A DNA stretch of 64,000 nucleotides, taken from an uncultured Solirubrobacterales bacterium (GTDB lineage Bacteria; Actinomycetota; Thermoleophilia; Solirubrobacterales; Solirubrobacteraceae). The translations under genes were made by a program, and so were the position numbers. Numbering within the stretch: the first letter of the stretch is position 1; each line of letters opens with the position of its first letter. The stretch spans positions 1,884,446 to 1,948,445 of the forward strand of contig OY969574.1 of NCBI GenBank assembly GCA_963701195.1, written 5' to 3'. Shown in pieces: positions 20,901 to 29,237 of the stretch. The notes under the pieces were generated by a model. That model was not told the DNA's origin, did no database searches, and was given only the letters and a program-made list of their open reading frames with translations.

Positions 20901-22751
20901 CTTCCAGAAGGGCACCGCGCCGGGCACGCCGGGGGCGGGGGTGACGATCACGCGGTCGCGCCCGATCTCCTCGATCCGCCAGGCGGACGCGCCGAGCAGG
21001 AAGACCTGGCCCGGCCGCGCCTCGTAGACCATCTCCTCGTCCAGCTCGCCCACCCGGCGCCCGTCGGGCAGCGTCACCCGGTACAGGCCGCGGTCGGGGA
21101 TCGTGCCGGCGTTGACGATCGCGAGTTGGCGCGCGCCACGGCGCGCGCGGACGGTGCCGGCGAGCCGGTCCCAGACGATCCTTGGACGCAGGTCGCCGAA
21201 CTCCGAAGACGGATAGCGGCCCGCGAGCATGTCGAGCACGTTCTCCAGCTGGCGGCGCGGCAGCTCGGCGTAGTTGTAGGTGCGGGTGACGAGCGCGTAC
21301 AGCTCGTCCACCGAGAGACCGCCGCTGTGCTCGCCGGCCGCCGGCCCATCGCCGTCCACCCCCGCCTGGCCGCCGCGCCCCTCCTCCTCGGCCGCCGCCA
21401 TCGCGACGACCTGCTGCGCGAGCACGTCGAGCGGGTTGCGCGGCACGACCGTCGGCTCGATCGCCCCTTCGCGCATCCCCTTCGCGACGACCGCGCACTC
21501 GAGCAGGTCGCCGCGGAACTTCGGGAAGATGCGGCCCTTGGCGGTCTGCGCGACGCCGTGGCCGGCGCGGCCGATGCGCTGCAGGCCGGCGGCGACGGAC
21601 TTCGGCGACTCGACCTGGAGCACCAGGTCGACGGCGCCCATGTCGATGCCCAGCTCGAGGCTCGAGGTCGCCACGATGCAGGGGATCTCCCCGGCCTTCA
21701 GCAGCTCCTCGACGAGCAGGCGCTCCTCGCGCGCGAGCGAGCCGTGATGGGCGCGGGCGATCTCGCGCGGCGCCGCCACCCCCTCCCGGCCGCCGGAGGC
21801 GGCCCCCTCCCCCTCCGCCTCCTGCTCACGGAGCGCCAGCTCGTTCAGGCGCAGCGCCAGCCGCTCGGCGGAGCGGCGGTTGTTGACGAACACGATCGTC
21901 GAGCGGTGCGCGCGGATCAGCGCCAGCAGCTCGGGGTAGATCGCCGGCCAGATCGAGCCGCGCAGCGACTCCCCGCCGGCCATCGGCTCCAGCGGATCGG
22001 CGTCGGCGCCCGCGCCGCCGACGGGCCCGTCCAGCTCGGTCATCGACTCGACCGGCACGCGCACCTGCAGGTCGAGCGGCTTGCGCAAGCCGGTGTCGAC
22101 GATCTGGCAGTCGCGCCTCGGCCCGACGAGGAAGCGCGCGACCTCCTCCAGCGGGCGCTGCGTCGCGGAGAGCCCGATGCGCTGCAGCTCGCGCCCGGCC
22201 AAGCGCTCCAGGCGCTCGAGGCTCAGCGCGAAGTGCGCGCCGCGCTTGCTCGCGGCGAGCGCGTGGATCTCGTCGACGATCGCCCAGCGCGCGCTGCGCA
22301 GCAGCTCCTTTGCGCGGGATGTGAGGAGCAGGTACAGCGACTCGGGCGTCGTGATCAGGATGTCGGGCGGCGTGCGCAGCATCTGCGCGCGCTCGCGCGG
22401 GGGCGTGTCGCCGGTGCGGATCGCGACCGTCAGGTCGGCGCCGATGCCGCGCAAGGGCGCGCGCAGGTTGCGCTCGATGTCATAGGACAGCGCCTTCAGC
22501 GGCGAGACGTACACCAGCCGCGTGGCGCGCTGCGCCCCCCGCTCGCGCTGCGCGGCGAGCCGGTCGAGCGCCCACAGAAACGCCGCCAGCGTCTTGCCCG
22601 AGCCGGTCGGCGCGGAGATCAGCACGTGCCCGCCCGCGGCGATCGCCGGCCAGGCCTGCTCCTGGGCGGCGGTCGGCGCCGCGAACGCGCCGTCGAACCA
22701 CGCCTGCGTGCGCGCACCGAAAGCCGCGGTCGCCTGGTCAGCCATTCCCAT
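17913..22751 (-). CDS. lhr: Lhr-family DEAD/DEAH-box helicase (about 1610 aa; start ATG 22751 or 22745)
   Basis: APTGSGKT, SPLKAL, TTPESL, VDEIH, SATQ, ATSSLELGIDMG, QRIGRAGH, and the C-terminal winged-helix/HTH_42 region. Confidence 0.93.
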   Translation of the reverse strand: MGMADQATAAFGARTQAWFDGAFAAPTAAQEQAWPAIAAGGHVLISAPTGSGKTLAAFLWALDRLAAQRERGAQRATRLVYVSPLKALSYDIERNLRAPLRGIGADLTVAIRTGDTPPRERAQMLRTPPDILITTPESLYLLLTSRAKELLRSARWAIVDEIHALAASKRGAHFALSLERLERLAGRELQRIGLSATQRPLEEVARFLVGPRRDCQIVDTGLRKPLDLQVRVPVESMTELDGPVGGAGADADPLEPMAGGESLRGSIWPAIYPELLALIRAHRSTIVFVNNRRSAERLALRLNELALREQEAEGEGAASGGREGVAAPREIARAHHGSLAREERLLVEELLKAGEIPCIVATSSLELGIDMGAVDLVLQVESPKSVAAGLQRIGRAGHGVAQTAKGRIFPKFRGDLLECAVVAKGMREGAIEPTVVPRNPLDVLAQQVVAMAAAEEEGRGGQAGVDGDGPAAGEHSGGLSVDELYALVTRTYNYAELPRRQLENVLDMLAGRYPSSEFGDLRPRIVWDRLAGTVRARRGARQLAIVNAGTIPDRGLYRVTLPDGRRVGELDEEMVYEARPGQVFLLGASAWRIEEIGRDRVIVTPAPGVPGAVPFWKGEGVGRPKELGLAIGAFARWAVAQESETLQRDYDLDARAARNLLDYLREQQAATRVLPSDRTIVLERFRDEIGDWRLCVLSPYGGRVHAAWGLALSARLRREHGLQADAIWSDDGIAVHLPDGDRLPGEELVLIDPDELEDLVVAELGNSALYGARFREAAARALLIPRAYPGKRTPLWQQRLKAQSLLEVARRYSDFPIVLEAYRECLRDVLDLQGLRELLAKLHRRELDVVQVETATASPFASSLLFDYVATYMYEGDAPSAERRAAALSLDRDLLRELLGREELRELIDPGALARVEDDLQRRAEHARAATRDELHDALRLLGDLSAAEASERVHAGVDAGALLAALERERRAVRVRIGGRERYVDAADAGLYRDALGAVPPGGLPDAFLAEVPDALVRLLARYAATHGPFATAAPVARYGPGAGAAGAAGTGAVELALRELERAGTLVRGELRPGGEGREWCDVEVLRRLRRASLAALRREIEPAERRAYAAFLPAWHGIDRWGGRTAGEYAAGATIPPRARVRVRDGLGGDGHTAGAGWDMSTPIPATVGLERLREQLVPLQGLALTPRTWEREVLPRRLGAYSTAWLDELCASGEVVWVGAGALGRNDGRVALYFREDVPLLGPPPRRGELSGDSPECPHERVRARLAAGSGFFADLLADLPDPAETLQEALWDLVWAGEATNDAFAPLRAPRLKLAAGSDRPRAASAGRFSARRRAAGAPRHPPGRWSLTAPLFAGTGAEDPAARRRAHAELLLERHGILTRELALAEGVPGGFAALYPELCRLETLGVARRGYFVEGLGGAQFALAGAVERLRALRPAAGGTAATGDTAAGVGTGAGVGTVSGVRAGPAGDRDEAAARTLVLAATDPAQPYGAALPWPRRAAAGATGRAAPSPARAPGALVVLVDAEPVLYLERGGRALRLLTGEDPAQRRVTLALQALAAHARAGLAPSRLALERVDGEPVLGSRWEAALAAVGFRAGPRRLTLSA

Positions 22752-22796
22752 GGCGAGACTAGTCGAAAGTGTCCAGTTTTCGGGTACCCTCGCCTG

Positions 22797-24362
22797 GTGG
22801 TCAGCTCGAAGCTCGATCTCGATCTCAACGTCGTCGACGCGTGCCGCGACGCGGCCGCGCGGATCGCCTCGCAGGTGGCGCAGGAGATCGGCGGGCGCAC
22901 CACCGTCTCGGTCGAGCGCACGGTCGCGCGGCTGCTCGGCGTCGACGGCGCGAACGCGCTCGAGGTGCCGCTGCCGAACGCGCTGATCGACCACGTGCGC
23001 GAGCGCGGCCAGCTCGGCTTCGGGATCGCCTACTGGCTGGGCAACGCGATGCTCCACCGCGAGCGCTCCGCGCAGCAGATCGCCGAGGAAGTCGATGCCG
23101 GCGAGCTGGCGCTGTGCGACGTGCCGCGCGCGAGCGAGGCCGCGATCCGCGAGCGGATCGGCACCGAGTGCGCCGCGCGCCTCGGGCAGATCGGCAAGCG
23201 CATGGAGGAGCGCCGCGCGCTGCGCGCGCGGCTGGGGGAGAGCCCTCCCCCCCTGCGCTACGTGCTGACCGCGACCGGCAACGTGTACGAGGACGTCGTG
23301 CACGGCCTGGCGGTCGCGGAGGCCGGCGGGGACATCGTCGCGGTGATCCGCTCGACCGCGCAGAGCCTGCTCGACTACGTCCCCTACGGCCCGAGCACCG
23401 AGGGCTACGGCGGCACCTTCGCCACGCAGGCGAACTTCGCGATCATGCGCGCCGCGCTCGACGAGTGGTCGCAGGCCAACGGCCGCTACGTGCGCCTGTC
23501 GAGCTTCTGCTCGGGCCTGTGCATGTCGGAGATCGCGACGATGGGCGCGATCGAGGGCCTTGACAACATGGTCAACGACGCGCTCTACGGGATCCTCTAC
23601 CGCGACATCAACATCCTGCGTGGGCTGATCGACCAGCGCGTCTCGCGCACGATCAACGGCTACTTCGGCGTCGTGATCAACACCGGCGAGGACAACTACC
23701 TGCGCACCGCCGACGGCCTGGAAGCGGCGCCGTCGGTGACCGCCTCGCAGTTCATCAACCACCAGCTGGCGCGCGACTCGGGCGTGCCCGACGAGCAGAT
23801 CGCGCTCGGCGACGCGTTCGAGATCGACCCGCCGACGCGCAACGGGCTGCTCTACCAGTGGGCGCAGGCCCAATTGACGCGCGAGCTGTTCCCCGCCTGC
23901 CCGGTGAAGTACATGCCGCCGACGCGCCACATGGACGGCAACCTGTTTCGCACGCACGCGTCGGACTCGCTGTTCAACCTGGTCACGGTCGCGACCGGCC
24001 AGGGCATCCAGACGATCGGCGTGCCGACCGAGGGGATCTTCACGCCGCACATCCACGACCGCGTGCTCGGCCTGCAGAACGCAGGCTACGTGTTCAACGC
24101 CGCGCGCGACCTCGGCGGCGAGATCGAGTTCAAGCGCGGCGGCATCATCCAGACGCGCGCGCAGGAAGTGCTCGGCGGCGCGCAACGGATCCTCGAGCAC
24201 ATCGCGCAGGTGGGGCTGATCGCCGCGGTCGACGAGGGCGTCTTCGGCGACGTCAGCCGCCGCGTCAACGAGGGCCGCGGGATCGAGGGGATCGTCGAAA
24301 CCGAGCTCGAGTACTTCAATCCCGCGACCGAGCTGATGCGGGGGTCGCTGAGCGTTGTCTGA
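22797..24362 (+). CDS. kamD: Lysine 5,6-aminomutase alpha subunit (PLP TIM barrel)
   Basis: SKLDLD...TTVSVERTVARLLGVDG, ATGNVYED, AVIRSTAQSLLDYVPYG, NDALYGILYRDIN, INTGEDNY, KYMPPT; 521 aa from GTG 22797. Confidence 0.93.
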   Translation: MVSSKLDLDLNVVDACRDAAARIASQVAQEIGGRTTVSVERTVARLLGVDGANALEVPLPNALIDHVRERGQLGFGIAYWLGNAMLHRERSAQQIAEEVDAGELALCDVPRASEAAIRERIGTECAARLGQIGKRMEERRALRARLGESPPPLRYVLTATGNVYEDVVHGLAVAEAGGDIVAVIRSTAQSLLDYVPYGPSTEGYGGTFATQANFAIMRAALDEWSQANGRYVRLSSFCSGLCMSEIATMGAIEGLDNMVNDALYGILYRDINILRGLIDQRVSRTINGYFGVVINTGEDNYLRTADGLEAAPSVTASQFINHQLARDSGVPDEQIALGDAFEIDPPTRNGLLYQWAQAQLTRELFPACPVKYMPPTRHMDGNLFRTHASDSLFNLVTVATGQGIQTIGVPTEGIFTPHIHDRVLGLQNAGYVFNAARDLGGEIEFKRGGIIQTRAQEVLGGAQRILEHIAQVGLIAAVDEGVFGDVSRRVNEGRGIEGIVETELEYFNPATELMRGSLSVV

Positions 24363-25209
24363 GGGCGACGGCGCACAGGCACCGGCGCAGAACGGCGAAA
24401 CGGGCGCCGGGACGCCGGCGCGCAAGGTCGACCTCGCGCACGTGAAGCCCTACGCCGACCAGCTCGGCGACGGGATCGTGCAGCTGAGCTTCACGCTGCC
24501 CGTCCCCTACGGCCTGGCGGCACGCCGGGCGGCGCTCGAGCTGGGCGCGAAGATGGGCCTGCAGCAGCCCGAGGTCGTCCACTACGAGGGCTTGACCGAC
24601 GGCTACACGTACTTCGTGATGTACGGCCACTGCACGCACACCGTCGACTACGCGACGCTGCAGGGCGAGGGCTTCGAGATCGAGTACATGAACGAGGAGC
24701 AGATCGAAGACTACGCGCGCGAGCACGTCGGGCGCCCGATCGTCGTCGTCGGCGCGAGCACCGGCACCGACACGCACAGCGTCGGCATCGACGCGATGCT
24801 CAACCTCAAGGGCTTCCACGGCCACAAGGGCCTGGAGGGCTACAGCGCGTTCCAGGCGCACAACCTCGGCAGCCAGGTCACCAACGGCACGCTCGTCGCG
24901 AAGGCGATCGAGCTGGACGCAGATGCGATCCTCGTCTCGCAGACCGTCACCCAGCAGAACCTGCACATCCACAACCTGACCGAACTGGTCGAGATCCTCG
25001 AGGCCGAGGGCCGCCGGCGGCGCACGATCCTCGCCTGCGGCGGCCCGCGCGTCTCCAACGAGCTGGCCAAGGAGCTGGGCTACGACGCGGGCTTCTCGAA
25101 AGGCACGTATCCCCACCACCTGGCGACGTTCCTCGTGCGCGAGCTGGCCGCGCGGCTGGCCGAGTCCGGCGAGGACGCCGAGGCGGCCCGCAGCGCCCCG
25201 GCCGGGTAG
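24355..25209 (+). CDS. kamE: Lysine 5,6-aminomutase beta subunit (adenosylcobalamin-binding)
   Basis: VKPYAD..GDGIVQLSFTLP; base-off/His-on motif DTHSVG; PLP Lys in NLKG; SQTVTQ; CGGPR; overlaps the kamD stop. Confidence 0.93.
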   Translation: MSEGDGAQAPAQNGETGAGTPARKVDLAHVKPYADQLGDGIVQLSFTLPVPYGLAARRAALELGAKMGLQQPEVVHYEGLTDGYTYFVMYGHCTHTVDYATLQGEGFEIEYMNEEQIEDYAREHVGRPIVVVGASTGTDTHSVGIDAMLNLKGFHGHKGLEGYSAFQAHNLGSQVTNGTLVAKAIELDADAILVSQTVTQQNLHIHNLTELVEILEAEGRRRRTILACGGPRVSNELAKELGYDAGFSKGTYPHHLATFLVRELAARLAESGEDAEAARSAPAG

Positions 25210-25222
25210 GCTCCAGCCCGTC

Positions 25223-26746
25223 ATGAGCGAGCAGCGCGACGCGCCGCAGGAGGAGCAGCCAGGGGACGACGCCGCGGGCGGCGCCGACGAGCGCCACGCC
25301 AAGCTCCAGCGCCTGCGCGCACAGGGCGTGGAGCCCTACCCGTACATCGACACGCGCGTGCCGCGCACGTGGATCGCCGACATCCAGGGCGCCCACGACC
25401 CCTCGCAGCTGGCGGCCGGCGAGCATGAAGGCTTGGTCTACCGGATCGCCGGGCGCATGATCGCCCGCCGCGGGCACGCGAAGACGACGTTCTTCGACGT
25501 GCGCGACCAGTCCGGCACGATGCAGGTCGTCGCGCGCGCCGAGGCGCTGGGCGAGGATGCCTACGCGGCGATGACCGACCTCGACGTCGGCAACATCGTC
25601 GCAGTCGAGGGCTGCGTCTACATCACCAAGCGCGGCGAACTGACGCTCGCGGTGAAGCGGTGGACGATGCTCGCCAAGGCGCTGCGCCCGCCGCCGGACC
25701 GCTACCACGGCATGGAGGACCCCGGCGCGCGCTACCGCCACCGCGAACTGGACCTGCTCGCCAACGAGCGCACGCGAGAGATGTTCTTCAAGCGCACGAA
25801 GACGATCGAGGCGATCCACGACTTCCTGCGCTCGCGCGGCTTCACCCAGGTCGAGACGCCGATGCTGCAAACGCTCGCGGGCGGCGCCGCCTCGCGGCCG
25901 TTCGTCACCCACCACAACGCGCTGGACGTCGACGTCTACCTGCGCATCTCGGTCGAGCTGTACCTCAACCGCTGCATCGTCGGGGGCCTCGAGAACATCT
26001 ACGACCTGGGGCGCGCGTTTCGCAACGAGGGCATCTCCCACCGCCACAGCCCCGAGTTCACGATCCTCGAGTGGATGATGTCCTACGCCGACTACTGGGA
26101 CGTCGCGAAGATGACCGAAGACATGGCCGAGTCGGTGGCGCTGCAAACGCTCGGTACGACCAAGGTCGAGCAGTTCGACGGCAGCACGGTCGACTTCGCC
26201 ACGCCGTGGCAGCGGATCACGCTGCAGGACGCGATCAAAAACGCGGTCGGCATCGACTTCCTGGCGGCGAGCGAGCAGGAGCTGCTGGACGTGCTCGACG
26301 GCGAAGCGGACCCCGACGCGAACTGGGCGAAGCTCGTCGACGCGATCTACGTCAAGCACGTCGAACCGACGCTGATGGCGCCCACGCACGTGTTCGACTT
26401 CCCGGTGGACCTGTTTCCGATCTGCAAGCGTCACTCGCGGGAGCCGCGCCTCTCAGAGCACTTCGACTCGGTGATCCGCGGAATGGAGATCCTTTCCGGC
26501 GACACCGAGCTGAACGATCCGCTGGACCAGCACCAACGCTTTGTCACCCAGCGCCAACAGGCCGCGGGCGGGGATGACGACCAGCCGCAGCCGAACGACG
26601 AGGCGTACGTGCGCGCGCTGGAATACGGGATGGCGCCGACGGCGGGGGGCGGGCTCGGGGTTGACCGGCTTTTGATGGTGCTCACCGGGGTCGAGGCGAT
26701 GCGCGAGGTCGTGCCGTTCCCCACGCTGCGTGCCGCGCGGGGGTGA
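25223..26746 (+). CDS. Class II lysyl-tRNA synthetase paralog (OB-fold plus catalytic domain) with an altered amino-acid pocket
   Basis: GGAASRPFVTHHNAL, FRNEG, ELNDP and GLGVDR motifs present; canonical ELY/EFY and NGF/NAF pocket motifs replaced by EWM and SGD. Confidence 0.85.
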   Translation: MSEQRDAPQEEQPGDDAAGGADERHAKLQRLRAQGVEPYPYIDTRVPRTWIADIQGAHDPSQLAAGEHEGLVYRIAGRMIARRGHAKTTFFDVRDQSGTMQVVARAEALGEDAYAAMTDLDVGNIVAVEGCVYITKRGELTLAVKRWTMLAKALRPPPDRYHGMEDPGARYRHRELDLLANERTREMFFKRTKTIEAIHDFLRSRGFTQVETPMLQTLAGGAASRPFVTHHNALDVDVYLRISVELYLNRCIVGGLENIYDLGRAFRNEGISHRHSPEFTILEWMMSYADYWDVAKMTEDMAESVALQTLGTTKVEQFDGSTVDFATPWQRITLQDAIKNAVGIDFLAASEQELLDVLDGEADPDANWAKLVDAIYVKHVEPTLMAPTHVFDFPVDLFPICKRHSREPRLSEHFDSVIRGMEILSGDTELNDPLDQHQRFVTQRQQAAGGDDDQPQPNDEAYVRALEYGMAPTAGGGLGVDRLLMVLTGVEAMREVVPFPTLRAARG

Positions 26747-26757
26747 CGGCGGCTGGG

Positions 26758-27382
26758 CTACGCGAAAGCCCAGGGCAGCGCGTCTTCGACTTTGCCTAAG
26801 ACGCTCGCTTCTACTTTTGCTTCGGCTTCACCGATCTTCAATTCTCCTGGTGAAGAAATTAGCGCGATAAACGCTTCCGATAACCGCAGATCCTGACCCT
26901 GTGGCGCTAAAACGGTATACGTACCCGTTATCGCCTGCTTACCTTCTGCGGCGCATTTTCTTTCCGGCTTGAATTCAAATGTAGCAAAAATTTTACCTGT
27001 ATCAGGTTTGGCTATAGCTTTTGCTGCTAAGACGCCGTTCTAAGGTCACTAAGCCTTCGACGGGGAGCGAACGTATTGCAGAGCTAGTAAGTTCACATTC
27101 TGTTGGTGTCGATTTGCATTCTAAATCCACAAGGCTAGTAGCTAACAATTTATCTGGCTCGCTTACCACGCCGCCAACAATTTCCAACTTCGGACATCTA
27201 ATTGTCAACGTACTCCAGGATACTACACTTTCTTTGTCACTGACCGTCCGTGGCACAACCGCTGCCGATCCGGCAAGTAACGAGCCTGCCACTAACCAGC
27301 TCGCGCGCGCCGAACTTGCGACACCAACGCCGCACGCGAGCGCCGCAAGCAACGCCACGGCGAGCGCTTTCGCTCTAGACAT
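26758..27382 (-). CDS. Small secreted 4-Cys family protein (member 1) with a +1 frameshift at 27038-27039 (likely artefact)
   Basis: Signal peptide ...SARA|SWLVAGSLL; removing one base continues ...LDGVLAAKAIAKPDTGKIFATFEF...LPWAFA*; span is 208 codons plus 1 nt. Confidence 0.8.
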
Positions 27383-27563
27383 ACCGCTGGTCTCCTTTCG
27401 ACTTCACAAGCGCCCGTAGTCCGAACGCCGGCCGACCTGCCGCGCGTTCAGCGACGATCAAGCCACCCAACGTCTTACACCACCCGCAAGCTAATGTCAA
27501 CAGACAGGATTAATCAGCTATACGGCTCGCAGCGCAGCTAGAAGATAGCGAGTTCAACGGGCA

Positions 27564-27603
27564 GGGCCCTGCCCCACGCTCTACGCGGCGTGAGACAGGG
27601 CCC
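27564..27603 (-). terminator. Hairpin just downstream of the 293-aa gene
   Basis: GGGCCCTG...CAGGGCCC stem with an inner CACGC/GCGTG pair. Confidence 0.35.
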
Positions 27604-27611
27604 AAGATGCG

Positions 27612-28493
27612 TTAGTGCGAGTTGACCGATGCTACGGGAGACGTGTACAGCGTGTTTTCGAGGACCGCGACGTTCTTACCGGATTCTGCCGGCAGGCCCG
27701 CGACCAGCGAGCTGTTGATGATCGGGTCGACGAGCACCGACAGGGCGCCGCCGCAGCCGGTGGCTTCGGGAGCAGCCCACGTATTGTCGACCAGCTCGTT
27801 ACCGGTGATTTCGACCAGTTCCCCTTCTTCATGCAGCGAAGGAACGCCCGCTTTGCCTTCGATCGATTCGTAGGGCGCCGGCGGGCTGGTCGCGCCAGTC
27901 GTCAGGTTCCAGATAATCGGCGAGCTGTCCGAGCCCACGTAGCACGAGCTACCGAGAAACGGGTTTTCGAGGTGGATCTTGACCGGCAGCTTCAGCGCGG
28001 TCCCTTCCTTGACCAGCAGGTTGAAGCTGCTCAGTTCGATGTCGCTCGCGGGCTCGGCCAATTCGAGTGTCGCGTTAACGCCGGTGAGGCCGTTTTCAAG
28101 CACCAGCGCAAGCGCGATTTTTACGAGCAGCGGCGCTGATTCCGGCGGCACCAAACCGACCAGCCCACCGGGCACCGGCTGCGGCGTTTTCGAGAGCGTT
28201 TCGCCGTTGGTGGCGCCGTAGAAGCTCTCAAAGCCGGTTTCTTCGTTTTCCTTGGAGACCCCACCCTGCAGGATCACCGGGTTGACGATCGGCGTCGTCT
28301 TGTTGCCGAGCACGACCTTGCCGCTATTCGTCACCGAATAGAGGCATTTTCTGACGCCTTCCGTCGTCGACGGACACTCGTTGAACTTCGCAAACGCGCC
28401 TTCGTGCGCGAGCGCGGCGGCAGGCAGGCAGATCGCCGCCAAAGCCGCGACGACCGCACCCGTCAAGCCACGTACAACAGCTCGTAACAGCAC
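27612..28493 (-). CDS. Secreted 4-Cys protein of unknown function (~290-aa family, member A)
   Basis: Signal ...PAAALA|HEG; FNECP...RKCLYS, SSCYVGS, ATGCGG; paralog of 30838..31707. Confidence 0.8.
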   Translation of the reverse strand: MLLRAVVRGLTGAVVAALAAICLPAAALAHEGAFAKFNECPSTTEGVRKCLYSVTNSGKVVLGNKTTPIVNPVILQGGVSKENEETGFESFYGATNGETLSKTPQPVPGGLVGLVPPESAPLLVKIALALVLENGLTGVNATLELAEPASDIELSSFNLLVKEGTALKLPVKIHLENPFLGSSCYVGSDSSPIIWNLTTGATSPPAPYESIEGKAGVPSLHEEGELVEITGNELVDNTWAAPEATGCGGALSVLVDPIINSSLVAGLPAESGKNVAVLENTLYTSPVASVNSH

Positions 28494-28571
28494 AGCATTT
28501 CCTTTCTCGAGATTACAGTGCCAGGAACTCCATCCCTCAATCCGTCCTCAAGTCGTGCGGGGCCTTCACCG

Positions 28572-29237
28572 TCACCTGCGCGTGTAGTGGAAGAACAAAA
28601 AGCCCTCGAATTCCGCGGTGTGCACGGCTTCGTGCCGCAGCGCGGCGGCGTTGAAGCCCGGCTTGACGTGCAGGTGGCGCGGGAGCGCGAACAACACAGT
28701 CAAGTAGTCTTCGTGGTGGTGGGGCGGGCACAGCGAGTACGCGGTGTGCCCGGAGCTGTTTGTCCCGAGGATCGCGCCTGGCGGCAGCGTGCCCGCGGCC
28801 GTTCCGGTCGAGTTGGGGTCGATCCCGGCGACCGCCCAGTCGATATGGAGTTGGTTGTTGAGCGGCTTGAGGTTGATGACGTCGAGCATCAGTTCCACCG
28901 TGCCCGGCGGAATGCCGCGCCAGCTCAGCGGCGGGGAGATGTTCGCTCCGTCGCACGTGTAGCGCGCCGGCAGCGCTTCCGCCTGCAGCGCTGGGCTGGA
29001 GATTTTGACCTCGGCGACGGTCGGTACCGATGCGTGGGCGTGCTGGGAGGTATGCGTAGTTGCCGGCGATGTGGATGCCGGCTGCGTAGTGGTCTGCGTC
29101 TGCGCTGTCGTAGCCGCTGCCGAGGGCTGGCTGCTCGAGGCGGCGGTGCTCGAACCGCCACCGCATCCGGTGGCGAGGGCAGCGGCGAGCAGTGCGCAGA
29201 GACCGGCGAGCGCGTGGCGTTTGGCAGGGCTACCCAT
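28572..29237 (-). CDS. Lipoprotein with a degenerate YbhB/YbcL (PEBP-like) domain
   Basis: Lipobox LATG|C, Thr/Ser linker, LPARYTCDGANISPPLSW...YSLCPP. Confidence 0.75.
   Translation of the reverse strand: MGSPAKRHALAGLCALLAAALATGCGGGSSTAASSSQPSAAATTAQTQTTTQPASTSPATTHTSQHAHASVPTVAEVKISSPALQAEALPARYTCDGANISPPLSWRGIPPGTVELMLDVINLKPLNNQLHIDWAVAGIDPNSTGTAAGTLPPGAILGTNSSGHTAYSLCPPHHHEDYLTVLFALPRHLHVKPGFNAAALRHEAVHTAEFEGFLFFHYTRR

Noticed and set aside
22752-24425. N-terminal extension of the 2170-aa ORF (and the 19887..22796 extension of the 1491-aa ORF)
   Set aside because: Antisense shadow read-through in GC-rich DNA; real genes start at 22751 (lhr, minus) and 22797 (kamD, plus)
25223-26746. 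EF-P beta-lysine ligase EpmA/GenX or LysX
   Set aside because: It retains the OB-fold anticodon domain that EpmA lacks, has no MprF/membrane fusion, and no efp is adjacent
27490-27502. XerD arm of a dif site (TAATGTCAAC)
   Set aside because: No XerC arm at the right spacing; better explained as the reverse complement of a TTGACA -35 box
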